NCBI GenBank assembly: GCA_900088475.1
Contig: FLMG01002763.1
Location: 74,776 to 138,775, forward strand
Origin: Hyphochytrium catenoides
Lineage: Eukaryota; Protista; Hyphochytriomycota
Length of the DNA stretch: 64,000 bases
Direction of reading: 5' to 3'
A model generated the notes under the pieces. That model saw only the letters and a list, made by a program, of their open reading frames with translations, was not told the origin of the DNA and ran no database searches. Positions 1 to 17,600 of this stretch are shown here, piece by piece (position 1 is the stretch's first letter; the number at the start of each line of letters is the position of its first letter). The position numbers and the translations under genes are program-made.

Positions 1-264
1 AGGTCAAGGTTGTTCTAGGCCACTGCGCCTCCAAAATGCCAGGAGAAGAGGGTGGACAGCGTTATTTTTGGCGTCTTTCCACACTGTCAAGCACCATGTG
101 GGTGGAAGGTCCAAACCTTAGCCGCCCCTGTTTGGACTTTCAACTGAAGCTTGGAGCTTTGGACCTGAACATAGGCTAGAGTGGATGTCCGATGTTCAGG
201 TCTCCTCCAGGATCATTAATGGATCGGCCTTGAGGGTAGGTTCTGGTTGATTCTTTCGAATGTC

Positions 265-426
265 TGTCTTTCTCTCTCTCCCTCCCTCTCTCCCTCCCCC
301 TCTCTCTCTCTCTCGCTCTCTCTCTCGCTCTCTCGCTTTCTCCCTCTCTCTTGACACTCTCTCTCCACCTCTCTCATGCATTCTCCACTTCCTCTCTCTC
401 TCTCCATTTCTCCCTCCCTCTCTCCC

Positions 427-461
<35 letters not shown>

Positions 462-580
462 GTCTCTCCTCTCTTCTCATATCTCCCTCTGCCCAGTTCC
501 TACCAGGACCACCTTATGTCAAGCCATCAACCTCCGTTATCTAGTAGAACGGAAACGATGAGAGAGAGAGAGAGAGCGAA
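265..580. repeat. (CT)n/(GA)n microsatellite and low-complexity pyrimidine tract
   Basis: Long CT dinucleotide runs at ~265-480 and a GA run at ~559-577. They generate the spurious RE-rich and SL-rich ORFs in the track. Confidence 0.95.
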
Positions 581-1343
581 AGTGAGAGAGCCGACAGCAC
601 CCGCATCAAAACTCTCTTCTCTCCTTATGTACATGTCTCCACCCATCTATCGGGAAAGCAGTGGGTGGCCGCATCATCCATCCGCTGTCTTCCCTTTCTT
701 TCCTTCCTGCCTTTTATCCCTATCTCTTCTCATCTCTCGCCTGTTTCTTTTCTCTCCTGCCTGCGTCTCTTCCTCTTATCTCTACATCTTTTTTCTTATA
801 CTACATCGCCATAGGTTTGTCCCGAAAAGTGCAGGATAATTTTCTCCTTTCTTGATCTCTGTCGATTCTTCTTTGAGCCCAGCCTTTCCTTTTATAAGAT
901 GCGCCTGCCGTCGGACGTCTCTTTCTTCCCTTTCTCTCTCTTCATCGTGTCTTCCATTTCTCTTGGGCTTTGAGGCCCTAAAAGGGCAATAGCGGCTGCA
1001 GCTTACGAGCCTTACTGATCGTCCCAGTTTGCTTGGCCAAAAGAAAGGGACAACNNNNNNNNNNNNNNNNNNNNNNNNNNNNNNNNNNNNNNNNNNNNNN
1101 NNNNNNNNNNNNNNNNNTCTAGCGCCATAAGTGCAAACAAGGCCCTAGCCTGCTAGCTGGAGCTTGTTGAGTCTACCGATGCTTGGTCATTGTGAGTTTC
1201 TTTCTAGTCTAGTGCAGGGCCTTGCCGCTCTGTGAGATTAAGAGTTTGATCCGATAGCCAGACGAGGCTTTTTATCCTCAGCTATGCAGCTATATTCCTT
1301 TTCTGACGGACCACAATAAGCCCAAGGGCTTACTATTGAGGCA

Positions 1344-4300
1344 ATGCAGGCCGGACGGACCGTCTGGTACAGTTCCGCAGACAGAGTCTGGGAGCGCGGG
1401 GTGGTTGCGGCTGTGAGGCACGATGAGGAGAGGAAACTGGACTGGATAAAGATCCAGTTGGACAAGTCCGTGGCGACATGCTCAGTTCCTCAGGGACAAC
1501 TAGAGACGGGGACTCTCAAACCCTGCAACTTCTATGCAGAGGTTAGGAGCATGAAAGAAGAAGAATCCCAGGCATCGGCCCCATCTCTGTTCATCCTTTT
1601 CTGCCTCTCTTTCTTTCTTTCTTCCTTTGTCTCTTCCCGTGCCGTGCTTCCATCGTTTCTTTTGGGTTTCGTCCGTTTGGTGAGGATTCCCTTCCAGTAT
1701 CCAGACAGCGCTGACATCTCCACTACTGTTACAGAAGGAGGAGCCTGCGATGGACTCCGTGTTGCTGGCCGACCAAGATAAAGAGAACGAGCGCTACGGA
1801 GAGTCCATGGCGCGGGTGGAGGACCTGACAGGGCTGACTCACCTTCATGAGGCTGCAATCCTTGAGGCTCTCCATCAGCGGTTCCAAAGAGATCTCATCT
1901 ATACCTTTACTGGTAAGTCCGTCTCACTCTTTTCGCACTCTTCTTAGATGGCTTCCACGTCGCGTTATGTCTCGACCTAGCTTTGCTCCGGAGACTTGAA
2001 CCCCATGTGGTCACTTTTTGACCTCTTTGGTCCCCCATGTAGGCCCAATCCTCCTTGCTGTCAATCCGTTCAAGGAACTAGGCCTTTATACTGCAGAGCA
2101 AGTGCAGAAATACCTGGAAGCAGGAGAAGCCACCGAGACGGGAAAGGATAATGATTCCACGCTGTCCCCTCATATCTTCTCTGTGGCGAATGCAGCTTAC
2201 CGGTCGATCCTGCGAGAGACAGAGAGTGAGGGACCTGCGAACCAAATCCTCCTCGTCAGCGGGGAGAGTGGAGCTGGAAAGACGGAGGTCCGTGCCGCTG
2301 TGCCTGTCTTTCTGGTCCTCTGTATCTTTCTCGGCGTCGATATAGTCCACATATTTCTGCTTCTGTACCTCAACGTACCTCTTCCTATCCCTAAAAGAAA
2401 GTTCAGTTTCCTTCAGCTACTTACCTCTGCGCCTTTCTATGGACAATGGTAACTTGCCGCTAAAACCTTCGAACGCTGCTGTGTCTCGCCCTACCTCTCA
2501 TATCACCTCAGACAACTAAGTTTATCATGAGATACCTGGCAAAGGCCTGTGAAAGGGCAGCGCAAAGAATACAAGGAGGCAAATTGTCAGACCGACAGCG
2601 CACAATTGATGAGAAAATCCTTCAGTCTAATCCCATCCTCGAGGCATTTGGAAACGCCAGGACAACGAGAAACAACAATAGCAGTCGCTTTGGGAAGTTC
2701 ATTCGTATGCAGTTTGGAGCTTCTCATTGTTCCGATGCTCCAGCGGAAACTTGTAAGGGCATGCTGGTGGGGGCGTCGATAACGACATACTTGTTGGAGA
2801 ATGTAAGGGTTGTGAGGCAGGGAGAAGGGGAGAGGAACTTCCACATCTTCTACCAGCTGCTTTCTGGCGTCACTGAGAAGGAAAGAGAGCAATGGGGTCT
2901 CGAGAAAGACGTAACAGCGGCAGATTATCATTACCTCAGCCAAGGAGGGGTGGGAGGTGATAGTCGAGAAGACGCGGCGGCTTTTGTCAACTGCCGACAG
3001 GCAATGGAGGTGCTCAACATCCCAGAGACAGAACAAATGGAGCTTTTTCGTTGTCTGGTGGCCATCCTAAATCTGGGAAATGTGGACTTTGAACCTCTTG
3101 CCGATGCAAATAATGTAAGTCACTTACAAAGGAATAAGAGCCGTGGGGGCAGAGGGCTGGGGCCAGAAATCAGCTGTACAAGGGACTCGCTTGATATAAG
3201 TCGAGAGGGAGGCTAACCTCAGCGCACTTCCAGGAGCGCGGATGTTCCTTCAGCATTCCGTCTCGGGAGTCTGCTAGGAAGGCTTCCTTGTTGCTCGGAG
3301 TTACCTTCGAGTTCTTGGAGACCTCGCTCTGCTCCAGGATGATAACTGCAGGTAAGATCTTTCAAGAAGGATCCCCGACAAGGGGCATTAAGACCTAGCC
3401 GCTAGTCCTCGAGAAACGATAGATAGCCTGTAGGCACGTACTTTTTAAGAGCCTACCGACTTAGCCAGCTAGATGTTTGGGCCTTGCTTTCAGCTAGTAA
3501 TTTCCTCTTTTGCTACTTTCACCGCCCATTCCCCGCATTTCTCACTTCGTCTACCTATGTTCCATGTCTCCTTATGACGTCTCAAGGTTCGGACAAGTGC
3601 TATATGAAGCTCGATCCAGAACAAGCTTCATACACTCGAGACTCCTTCGCAAAGGCTCTTTACGGGAGGATATTCTCTGGACTAGTGGCTAGGATAAATG
3701 ACTCCATCCATTGTCAGACTTCCGAGTACGATAGCTTCATTGGAATCCTGGACATCTTCGGATTTGAAGTCTTCTTGCAAAACAGTTTTGAACAGCTGTG
3801 CATCAACTACGCTAATGAGAAGCTGCAATATCAGTTCAATGAGGTGAGAGTTGGAGAAAATTACTGACGGCTCCTAGGGCGATATACATTGACTGAGATC
3901 TGGGAAGCGAGGTGGGGCTGCAGACGGAGAGGGCAGTTAAAAGAGGGAAGGCAAGAGTGCAAGCGAATAAGATCACTTAGACGGAAGGAGAGGCGTTCGG
4001 TCAGACCTGACCCTTATTTGTTCCTTCCTTTGTCCCTACAGGTGGTACTGGCCAGAGAGCAGCTGGAGTATCAGGCGGAGGGAATAGAGTGGGAGGTTGT
4101 TTCTTTCTCAAACAATGCGGAATGCTTGCAGCTTCTGGAGGATCGCCACCATGGTCTTCTGGCATTGCTTGATGAGCAATGTCTTGTACCTAAGGTAATA
4201 TGCGTAGAAGGTTTAATTGGAAGGCACTTTTGTTATAACACTAAGAGCCATAGAAGTGACAAGATACGTTACATACCCTGATATTGTTACCGCTTGGCTC

Positions 4301-7300
4301 TAATGCCGTTGCCTACATCTTTCTTAGGGCAACGATGTCAATTTTGTGCGCAAACTATACGAGAAAGGCGTGAGCCACTTCGCTTCCTGTCTCACCGCCT
4401 CCAGTAGGGAAAAGGCCTCCCACCACTTTGTTGTTCATCACTATGCTGGTGCGGTCAGATACTCCTCCCAGGGTTTCTGTGAGAAGAACAAGGACAATCT
4501 GAGCCCAGAGTGTGAGAAGCTTCTTGCCTCATGCCACCTTCCTTTGGGGCCAGGAAGTAGAGGCAGAGTTAGCTTGCCAAAACAGAACACGTAAGAACGT
4601 AATACTCGGTACTTGATGGCCGCCTCGCATCTGCTAATGGATAAGTTTCTCCTTCTCTCTCCGTTCCTCTAGTCCTAGCCGGACCCCTCAGAGGCTCCGC
4701 ACAGCGTTGCGTACAGCAAGCGTAGGATCCCAATTCAAACAGCAGCTTCAGGACCTAATGGATACAATCAGCTCAGCTAAACCGCACTATGTCCGCTGTC
4801 TTAAGCCGAACGATGAGGTTACTGCACAAAGCAGCCATCATAGCTATGGCCAAACTAGGAGGAAAGGAGGGGCTGACTATAAAGTGCGCTTTGATCGGGA
4901 GCGGGTGGTTGATCAGCTACGGTATGGAGGTGTTCTAGAGGTGGTGAAGGTGACCAGAGGCGGCTACCCTGTCAGGATGTCCCATGAGAGCTTTATTAAG
5001 AGGTTCGTGTACTCTTCCCCTTCCAGTGTCTTCCTTAGCCTGCATTTTCTGTGTCTCTCTAACCATCGTACTTTTCATGCCCACTTTACTCTTGAATGTT
5101 CTTTCGGCGTATTGGCGCTTAACTTCAATCTGTCTTGCCAGGTACCAGCTATTCCTCCCTCAAGTGCGGAAGAAGACGGCAAGAGAGAAGAAACTCGACG
5201 TGTTAAGCGCGAAGGTTGCCATTCCTTCTTTGCCGAACAACCAGCTGTTGCGGTTTAATATGGCGGTGAGAGTGGCAACATACGTCTCGGACGCTGTCTT
5301 TGGTGATAGGGAGCAAGATGGGTCGATTGCGCTGGTAGGATGGTTCATTGATCTTTTTTATGACTTGCTTGATGTAACTTTTCCCTCTAGTTGTCGCTTC
5401 GACATCTGCCCATGGTTCTTTCTTTTCCTCCGTCTATCCCTTGTCCCTCACTCACTCTTGCTTGTTCGTTATCCTTCATTGCTGATCCTTTCACTTGAAT
5501 CTGCAACGTCCTCTTCTCTCTCTCTTCCGTATATCCGTCACCGCTGATCCTGGCCTCTGCCCTCTTTCTCTATCTCTCGTTTGGGATGTCATCCACCATC
5601 ATCAAGATGTGCCTCTCTTTGCTCTTGGAACTTATCAAGACTCATTTTATGCCACACTCTCTTCTACCTTTATATGACACCCTCTTTTTGAATTCGTGAC
5701 CGAGGGGTGCTCCTAACTTATGACCTTTTTCAATAGGATGAAGCCTCAAACTCCCGCGGCCTGTTAACTGCGGCTGGCCTCCAGGTCGGCAGCAGTAAGG
5801 TGTTCTTCAAAAAAGGAGTCCACGAGATGCTGGAGGGAGGAAGGAATCAGAAGGTAAGGCAAGAAAAGATTAGCGCATCCTCTTGAAGCGCTATCGTCAT
5901 AGGTGGAATAGCCGTCCTAAGATCTTTTCTCTCTTCTTCGCTCATCGATATTCACAGCTCGCTAAGTGTGCCAGCGATATCCAAAGAGTATGGAGAGGGC
6001 ACAGAGCCAGAGCTATAAGAGAAAAAACGCTTCAAAATATCATCTTCTTCCAAGCCGCCTGTCGGTCCTTCCTCCTTTTCCGTCGCATGCTTGGCAGGAC
6101 GAGGAAGGATAAGATCGAACAGCGTAGGAGGAAGGAGGCAGTTGTCGTCTTGGTCAGAGTCTTCCGATCCTTTCTTGCGCGGATATCGTTCGTGAAAAAG
6201 AGGAGTTCGGCGAGAAAGATTCAGCGGGCTTACAGAAAGTCGAGAGCGTTAGGGGCCCTCTCTACCCAGGCGAAACAACACCATGAAGAGAGAGAGGAGG
6301 AGGATGAGTTTAATTTACACGCGGAAGAGATCGACATGGCGCATTTGCCGAAGGTATGCAGGGCCTGCGTAAGAGTTCTGGTACCTCTGCTTCTCTCCCG
6401 TCTTTCGACCCTCTTCAACTGGACTCCTCTTCTTCTCCGCTGGTCCTACGGTCTTAAAACCCTCCTTCATTTCAGTTCTGGTTTCTGGTGTCTCGTGCTC
6501 TATCTCCACAAGCATTTTGTTAAGACATCATCTGGCTCCTGCAGTCGGCGTCCCAGTATTCCCTACGCCCTTGTAGCAGTCTTGGCAGTTTGTGCAGCAC
6601 AGAAAGCCATCGGAACTGTGTGCAGGAGCTACGGCTTGACATTGAGGAGTTGCAAGAGAGGCACAGAGCTATCACTACCGACATCAGAAAGGAGATTTTG
6701 CTCCTATCCGAATACACATCCTATCTTAAAAAGGTTCCCGCTTCAACCCTCAGTAGGGACAAGAGGAGGAAAAGGTCAACGAGGGCATATAGGGTCAGAC
6801 TATCAGGAGAGAAGAATTCTCTTTCTTCTCCATCTTCTCTTCCAGTGGATTCGGAAGAGGAGATGGCTGGACATGTGGGCCTTCCAATAGAGGAGGTAGG
6901 CTCTCCAGTGTTACTACTACGACAGGGGAAGCGGGCGGAGACCTTTGACGACGAGATGGCGATTGCGGAGGAAAACCACGAAGAGAAGGTTGATATGGCA
7001 AGCCCGCTTCTAGGAGTAAGGGTATTGCCCATGGAGCTGGAAAGTGTAAGGAGGACGCGGACGTTCTCGCTAGCCTTGAGCGAGGATTCCGTGGTGGATA
7101 GCTATGAAGAGAGAGACTACAGCGAGAGGACTGTAGGAGAGAGCTTAGTTCTCTCTACGGTCTCTTCTTCTTGCCCTCCCTCCCCTACCTCTCTCTCTTC
7201 AGCTTCTGCCGCCCCGCCGTCTGGTCAGGACGTGGAGGTAGCATGGCAAAAAGCACTAGGGAAAGAGGGCCAGAAGGAACACCCCGGAAAGAGTCTCGAG

Positions 7301-8905
7301 CACCAGAAGCGCTCCAAGCACACAGTCCGACAACCTGGAGAGGGGGAGAAGACTGAAGAGGAGCTGGTGGCCGCAATTCTGCGCGGTCACGCAATGACTG
7401 CTGCCAAACTCATGGAGTCTCCAATGGGTACCTCTATGATGCTTACAAAAAGTCGAGAGGGGCTGTATCCTCTTCATCTGGCTGCACAGGTTGGCGATCT
7501 GGAAACTGTCAGGCTCATCCTTCTCAGAGGCATAGGAAGTAACAGCAGAGACGACTTAGGTAAGCAAAGAAAATGCTACATCTCCCTCCGGCTCTAACAA
7601 TCTCCTTGACGGCGTCTCTGCCATCTCCCTCGTCAGAATAAAAGGTATATTGTTTCCGGTGCTAAGCTCGTTTATGTTTCTGTAGGTCGCACTGCTTTGC
7701 ACTACGCTACGGACAAGAAAGTGGTCGAGTTGCTTCTGGGCAATGGTTGCAACCCTGACGCGAAAGATTGTACAGGGAGGACTGCCTTGCATTTTGCTGC
7801 AGAGAGAGGAGAGCATGAGGTTCTTCTCTCCCTCCTGAATTACGGCGCCGATCTCTTCCTTCAAGAAAGCTTGGAACAGAGGACGGCCCTTCACTTGGCC
7901 ATTATGAACGGCCATCGCAGCATTGTGAGCGTTCTACTAAGGCCAACTCCAGCATCTTCATCTTCTTCACGTGCCTCTTCCGCATCTCACAATTCCGCTT
8001 TGTCAACTCAAAGAAGGCTGGTCGAAATTGCGGATGGGCGAGGAAATACTGCTCTGCATTACGCAGTCCAGAACCTCACCAAGACTGGAGAGAAGATTCT
8101 CCGTCTAGTACTGGGGGCCGAGCCAAACTTAGACTCGACGAACAAGAAGGGAATGGCCCCTCTTCATGTGCTTCTTAGGGCCGAAGAGAGATTTTTCTCT
8201 TCACCGCCCTCTCTCACTACATCGCCTGAGGGACTAAGAGATTTGCCTGAAGTGGAGGCTATGGGCGCAGTTGAATCGTCTTCTTCCCTTTTCCAAATGC
8301 TCCAACATCTTCTCTCTGCCGGTGCAAGCCCGAACATCCAAACAGGAGCTGGGCTTACTCCTCTTCACATTGTGGCAGACCGAGGTCTTCCTGTCCGCGT
8401 TGCCGCTTCACTAGTGCAGAGTGGGGCCAGTCTGAATATTCCGGACAAACGCGGGAGAATCTTCTCAAAATACGTTAAGGAGAGTGTTATTTCCCGTCTC
8501 CTTCCATTGCTGTCGCCTCGTTCCACCCGCCCCGTGTGGGTCCTTGACAGCGACTGCTCTTCATGCATGATCTGCGAGAAAGAGTTCAACGTGCTTAAGA
8601 GAAGACATCACTGCAGGATCTGTGGGAGAATTTGCTGTTCTGACTGCTTCTCCCTTCTAGTGACAAAAGAGTGCCCGAAGGAAAGGAAGACAAGAGCGTT
8701 TGTTCAAGAACAAAGTCCTCTGAGTCTGCGTGAGGCGGCACCAGATATCGCTGTCTTGGCTGCCTGTGAGAGAGAGAAGGGGCAACCTCTGCTCGCCTTT
8801 CCTACAAGTACGAAAGTGCAGAGAGTGTGTTTGCAATGCAAAAGTGTACGGGCAGAAGGAGGGTCTGGGCCATCCGATGTGTCGGAGAATGCGATTTTGA
8901 CGTGA
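1344..8905 (+). CDS. Unconventional myosin: N-terminal SH3-like, motor, IQ motifs, short coiled coil, ankyrin repeats, C-terminal FYVE finger
   Basis: Spliced exons ~1344-1541, 1735-1912, 2043-2287, 2512-3114, 3234-3351, 3587-3843, 4042-4194, 4328-4590, 4673-5002, 5142-5334, 5737-5853, 5959-6353, 6598-7559, 7686-8905. Motor motifs: P-loop GESGAGKTE|[10 protein letters not shown], switch [12 protein letters not shown], switch [27 protein letters not shown] motifs [11 protein letters not shown] and IQRAYRK. Ankyrin repeats GRTALHFAA and [19 protein letters not shown]...RRHHCRICG...RVCLQC. Confidence 0.95.
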
Positions 8906-9598
8906 GAGGCAGTGGAGCAGACGGCAGCTCTTTTTTTCTAAGTTATTCTTTATTTATCGCGGTAGGTTAGCGCAGAAATACTGTAGTGGATAGGGCAAAA
9001 AGTAGTAGAGCAGCGTAGTTGAGAGGTTCTGATGCAGATAGAGATAAGAGTAATTGGAATAGTAGGGGAGAGAGAGAGAAGAGAGATACTGGAAGAACCT
9101 AAAGGTGTTAGACTGACTGACAATAGGTTAAGGGAGTATGAAGTATAAGGCATCCGTAGGAGTAGAAGTAGCTAGGAACTCAAATTGCAAGTCACTTGTT
9201 GGAGTCAATAATTCATCCGGCCCCATGGCCTCTGTCGTCTGTTTTTAGTGGTGGCCCTTGAATTTAAGGTAATGAAGAATAGCTCCGGTCAGGCGACCAT
9301 AAGGATAAATTATGAGACCTGACAGGGCCGGAGACGCAGCCAGAAAGCCATCGTGCGCTTAGGCATCCTGGAGTCCAGAGAGTAAAATATGCTAGAACTT
9401 GAGCCTCGGAGGCATGGTTTATCTGCCTTTGAGGGCTGCCTTCGAGGGCTGGACATGGATCTCTAGGCTAAAGACATAGGAGAGACAGAAGAAGGCCTAC
9501 TCCTCCCCGAGGGCATCTGCTGGTGCCACGTCTACATCCTCCTCGGGGCCTGGACATGGATTCTCTAGGCTAAAGACATAGGAGAGACAGAAGAAAGC

Positions 9599-13881
<4,283 letters not shown>

Positions 13882-14669
13882 TTCCTTAGATCTCTCAGAG
13901 GAGACAAGCAAGGTCTTCAGCCGTCGATGCCTCGCCCGGCTTTCCCACTCGCTGCTTCCTTGGTCTCAAACTGCAGTTGATCGCTGGCTAGCGTCCTGAG
14001 ATGTTCCCTCCAATCTTGACTCAAGGTCCAGCAGCCTCTAGGACGTCTCTTCTTGGCAACACAGAAGATTGCTGCTCGGTCTGCAGACAAAATAATGTTG
14101 ATAAGTCCAGAACCCGTAGGCAGCAAGATGTGATTGCTCCTGTCCCCTCCAACCAAACACCGTCACTCGTGGCCGATACTGGAGGAGATCTGATACTTCT
14201 TATTGATGTGTCCCTTTGACTTGAAGAACTGCTGCTTCAGATGATGGTCTCGGAATAATTGAAGTTTGGAATTATTGAAACCATTAAGACTGAAACCTTC
14301 CTTTCCTCTGTGGTTCACAAGGACCATTTGGAAAATTCCAAATGAGCTTATTGCCGAAAGGTTCCCGGTGGAGTTCTGATCCAGTAACAACTGAAGTGAA
14401 GAGCTTTCTGGCATGAGAACGATCAATGACAGACTGGGCCAGATCTACCGAGTGCTAGTCCATTGCTTAGACTCCAATCCATCAACAGAGACGAAAGAGC
14501 TGCGCATCTTGGCGGGTGAGAAGGGAATGGAAGCAGCTTCAGCCCGGCAGAACGATACTCTCTGAATTCAATTATTAGGTCGGGTGCAGGGCTCCTTCCG
14601 ACAACTTTTGCCTTTTTTGTGGTTTATTGGTGGGCTCTATCATAGCGACTCTTTGGACCAAACAGTAGC

Positions 14670-17600
14670 ATGTCCTTCCATAAGCTGCCAGCAGAAGCAA
14701 CCCAACAAAGCTTTGGCTTCTCTCGAGCTCAGCTTTGTGATCTGGTAGCTAAGAGAGACGGTGAGTTGTCCTGTTGCCAGGCACGATAAGATGACGCTCA
14801 TTCTTGCTTTCGTCCCTGGTGCACGGTGCTTTATGCAGATCAAGGCTTCACAGGGTTACCTGCTTATGGAGGAGTCCATGGTATAGCAGAAGCACTTCGT
14901 GTCACGTTGGATCACGGCCTCGTAGATGATGAGAGTAGCATTGCCAGGTTTGTACCTACAAGTTTTAATATACCACTCATGGAGGGCTTTCTATACCTTA
15001 CGAGGTGCCCGCATAGCCGTCAGGCAACTTTTGGTTATAACGTAATGCCCCATAAGAAGGTCAAGACCCTATGGGATCATCTCAGACTTGCATTCCAAGA
15101 CCTTACAATCCGAGTCGTCTTCGTTGCGGGACTTCTGTCTCTCATCCTGGGAGCTGCCTTTGGCGACGAACCAACCATTGACTGGCTGGAGGGTATGGTG
15201 AATACCATTCGAAACAAATTTCAGCGAGATTTATTGCACTCTTTTCAGGGTTCGCGATCTTGGTCACCGTGGCCCTTATAGTGGGCATTAGCGCGATCAA
15301 TAACCTTCGAAAGGACAAGCAGGTACAATACAGAAGCTAAGCATTGTGTCATAAACAGCCAGAATGGGTTACCGACTGAGTGCATGATTTGTTAGTTCCG
15401 AGCCCTAAATGATCTAAAGGAGGATGTCTCTGTCCCTGTGCTACGGAATGGTTTCATCACCAGGATCTCAAAGTTTAACCTTCTCGTAGGCGACATTGTT
15501 TTGATCGAGGCAGGTAACCTTACGGAGATATGAAGACAACATAGCTAACAATCATCTCGCAGACAGGGGATATCGTTCCTGCCGATGCGATTGTCATTTG
15601 CGGTTCTGAGCTCTCTCTAGATGAGAGTCTCTTGACAGGAGAGTCGTGTTTGGTCCCCAAGGATGCCGTTACAGATCCATTTTGTCTCAGCGGAACTAAG
15701 GTACAACTCCTGCTTGTCCCTACTCACTATTACTAGGTCTATCCACATTACTCTTCCTGACTCAGGAGTATTGGCACTTTCTTTCATACAGGTTATGTCA
15801 GGCACTGGACGAGCGCTAGTCATAGCTGTGGGGCAGTACTCGCAAGAAGGACGTATTCAGAGTCTGCTGCTGGCGAGTGACACACCCATGACCTTGGATA
15901 GGCTTTCTAATGACTTCGAGGACGGAGATACATCTGAAGAAGAGTTAATGGAAAGAGGTAATACCTGAGCCAAAGCATAGCTTTTGCAAACCTCACACAA
16001 GACAATGGCAGGTTCAGTTCTACTAGAGTCCTTTCATAGCGCGCCAGGTAAAGAGGATAATACTGGGAAGAAGGAAGGTATGTCTCGCCAAGGATCGTTC
16101 GTGGAGTTCCTATATGAACTTAAACTCACCAGCTTGTCTTGTTGGCAGTTTCTGATGGCCTCAAGGTAAAGGGCCTTCGTTCTACTTGGAGAGAGGTCCA
16201 CTTTGTGTTGACGCTGCTAATCGCAGACTCAGCGCTTTCCACTCCAGCGAAAGCTAGACAGGCTGATGCTAGCAATGGCTCGGATTGGTATAGTCCTCTC
16301 ATTTTTGACGGTGGCTGGCCTAATCACCAGGTATTTCTTGGATGTCTATGTTTTAGAAGACGAAGAGCAGGTAGGGTTACAGTTCGCATCGGGCTGCTCA
16401 ACATACCTCACTAAGTCTAGCGATTGCAGGAAATAAAAGCTAGCGATGTTCTGACCGAGATTCTGGACGCCTGCATAATGGGTATAACCATTTTGGTTGT
16501 GGCAATCCCTGAGGGCCTGCCACTTGCAGTCACTATCGCCTTTACCTACGCCGTAAGAAGGATGTTGAGGGATAAGAACCTTGTGCGCCATCTCAGCGCT
16601 TGTGAAATCATGGGCAGTGCGACCACTATTTGCTCTGACAAGACTGGAACTCTGACGATGAACCAGATGACTGTCATGAAAGTTTTGGTTGGCGGCCGCC
16701 TTGTCAGTACCGGTTTGCAAGATTTGGTATGTGTCTCGTGAAGGCTCACTTCAAAATAACTCCCGCGTGTCTAACCCTTGCAACGTGCAGGTTGCACCTG
16801 TCGTGGTTGATGAGCTGAAGACCGCGATCGCGGTTAATAGCACCGCCTCCATCACAACATCAGCAAACCAGAAAACTGAACGGATTGGAAGCCCGACGGA
16901 ATGCGCGGCATTGGCGTTTATTGACGCGTTGCCCGGTCAAAATTACGAAGTTATCCGCAAAGGTTTGTCTGAGAGGACGAGATGCAGTTTGCCGACCTAC
17001 TCTGATCACCATCTCTCAGATCGACTTGCTCTTAAGCTATTCCCTTTCAATCACGTGCGGAAACTCATGTCGACGGCCACGAAAGCAGTTGACAGCTCTG
17101 GCTATGTCCTCTACGCGAAAGGGGCCGCCGAGATGCTTATAGAGGGGTGCTCAGACATGTATTTAATGGACGGAGCACGGCAGAAGGTCGGGCCAGAAGC
17201 GAAGGCGACACTGCTAAAAGGTAGACTTATATACTGATTGGGGCTGCAGGGCTCGTGCTCATACGTAGTTGCTGGACAGACGTCATGATGTTGGCTTCAG
17301 ATGGCTACCGCGTGCTAGCTGTAACAAGAAAGGCACTGCCTGACCTAAATATTGAAGAGGACGGTGAGATAAGAACCGTCAGTGGGCTGACGAATGTAGA
17401 ATTCACTTCTCCTCTTCAAAATGCAGAGGCACTAGGCGGCTCAACCCTAATATGCGTCCTTGCTATCGAGGACCCCGTGCGACCAGAGGTCCCTTCTGCC
17501 ATCAAGATGTGTCAGGAGGTAATGTGGTCTCAGAGGATGTGGATAGCTTTAATTGCTTATCTAGCTATATCGCAGGCCGGCATTGTGGTGCGCATGGTAA

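Noticed and set aside
109-202. Two small hairpins (GTCCAAAC/GTTTGGAC and GACCTGAACAT/ATGTTCAGGTC)
   Set aside because: The stems are only 8 and 11 bp with no recognisable ncRNA motif, and they sit at the window edge. Compatible with chance.
196-855. Several overlapping RE-rich and SL-rich ORFs
   Set aside because: They are translation artefacts of the CT/GA microsatellite.
14001-14570. Coding-like broken frames between NSUN2 and the ATPase
   Set aside because: No recognisable motifs, and multiple stops and frame changes. Most simply a divergent promoter/UTR region.
15509-15566. Apparent GC-AG intron in the ATPase
   Set aside because: Shifting both boundaries by 4 nt gives a canonical GT-AG intron with the same frame (IEAGDIVPAD).
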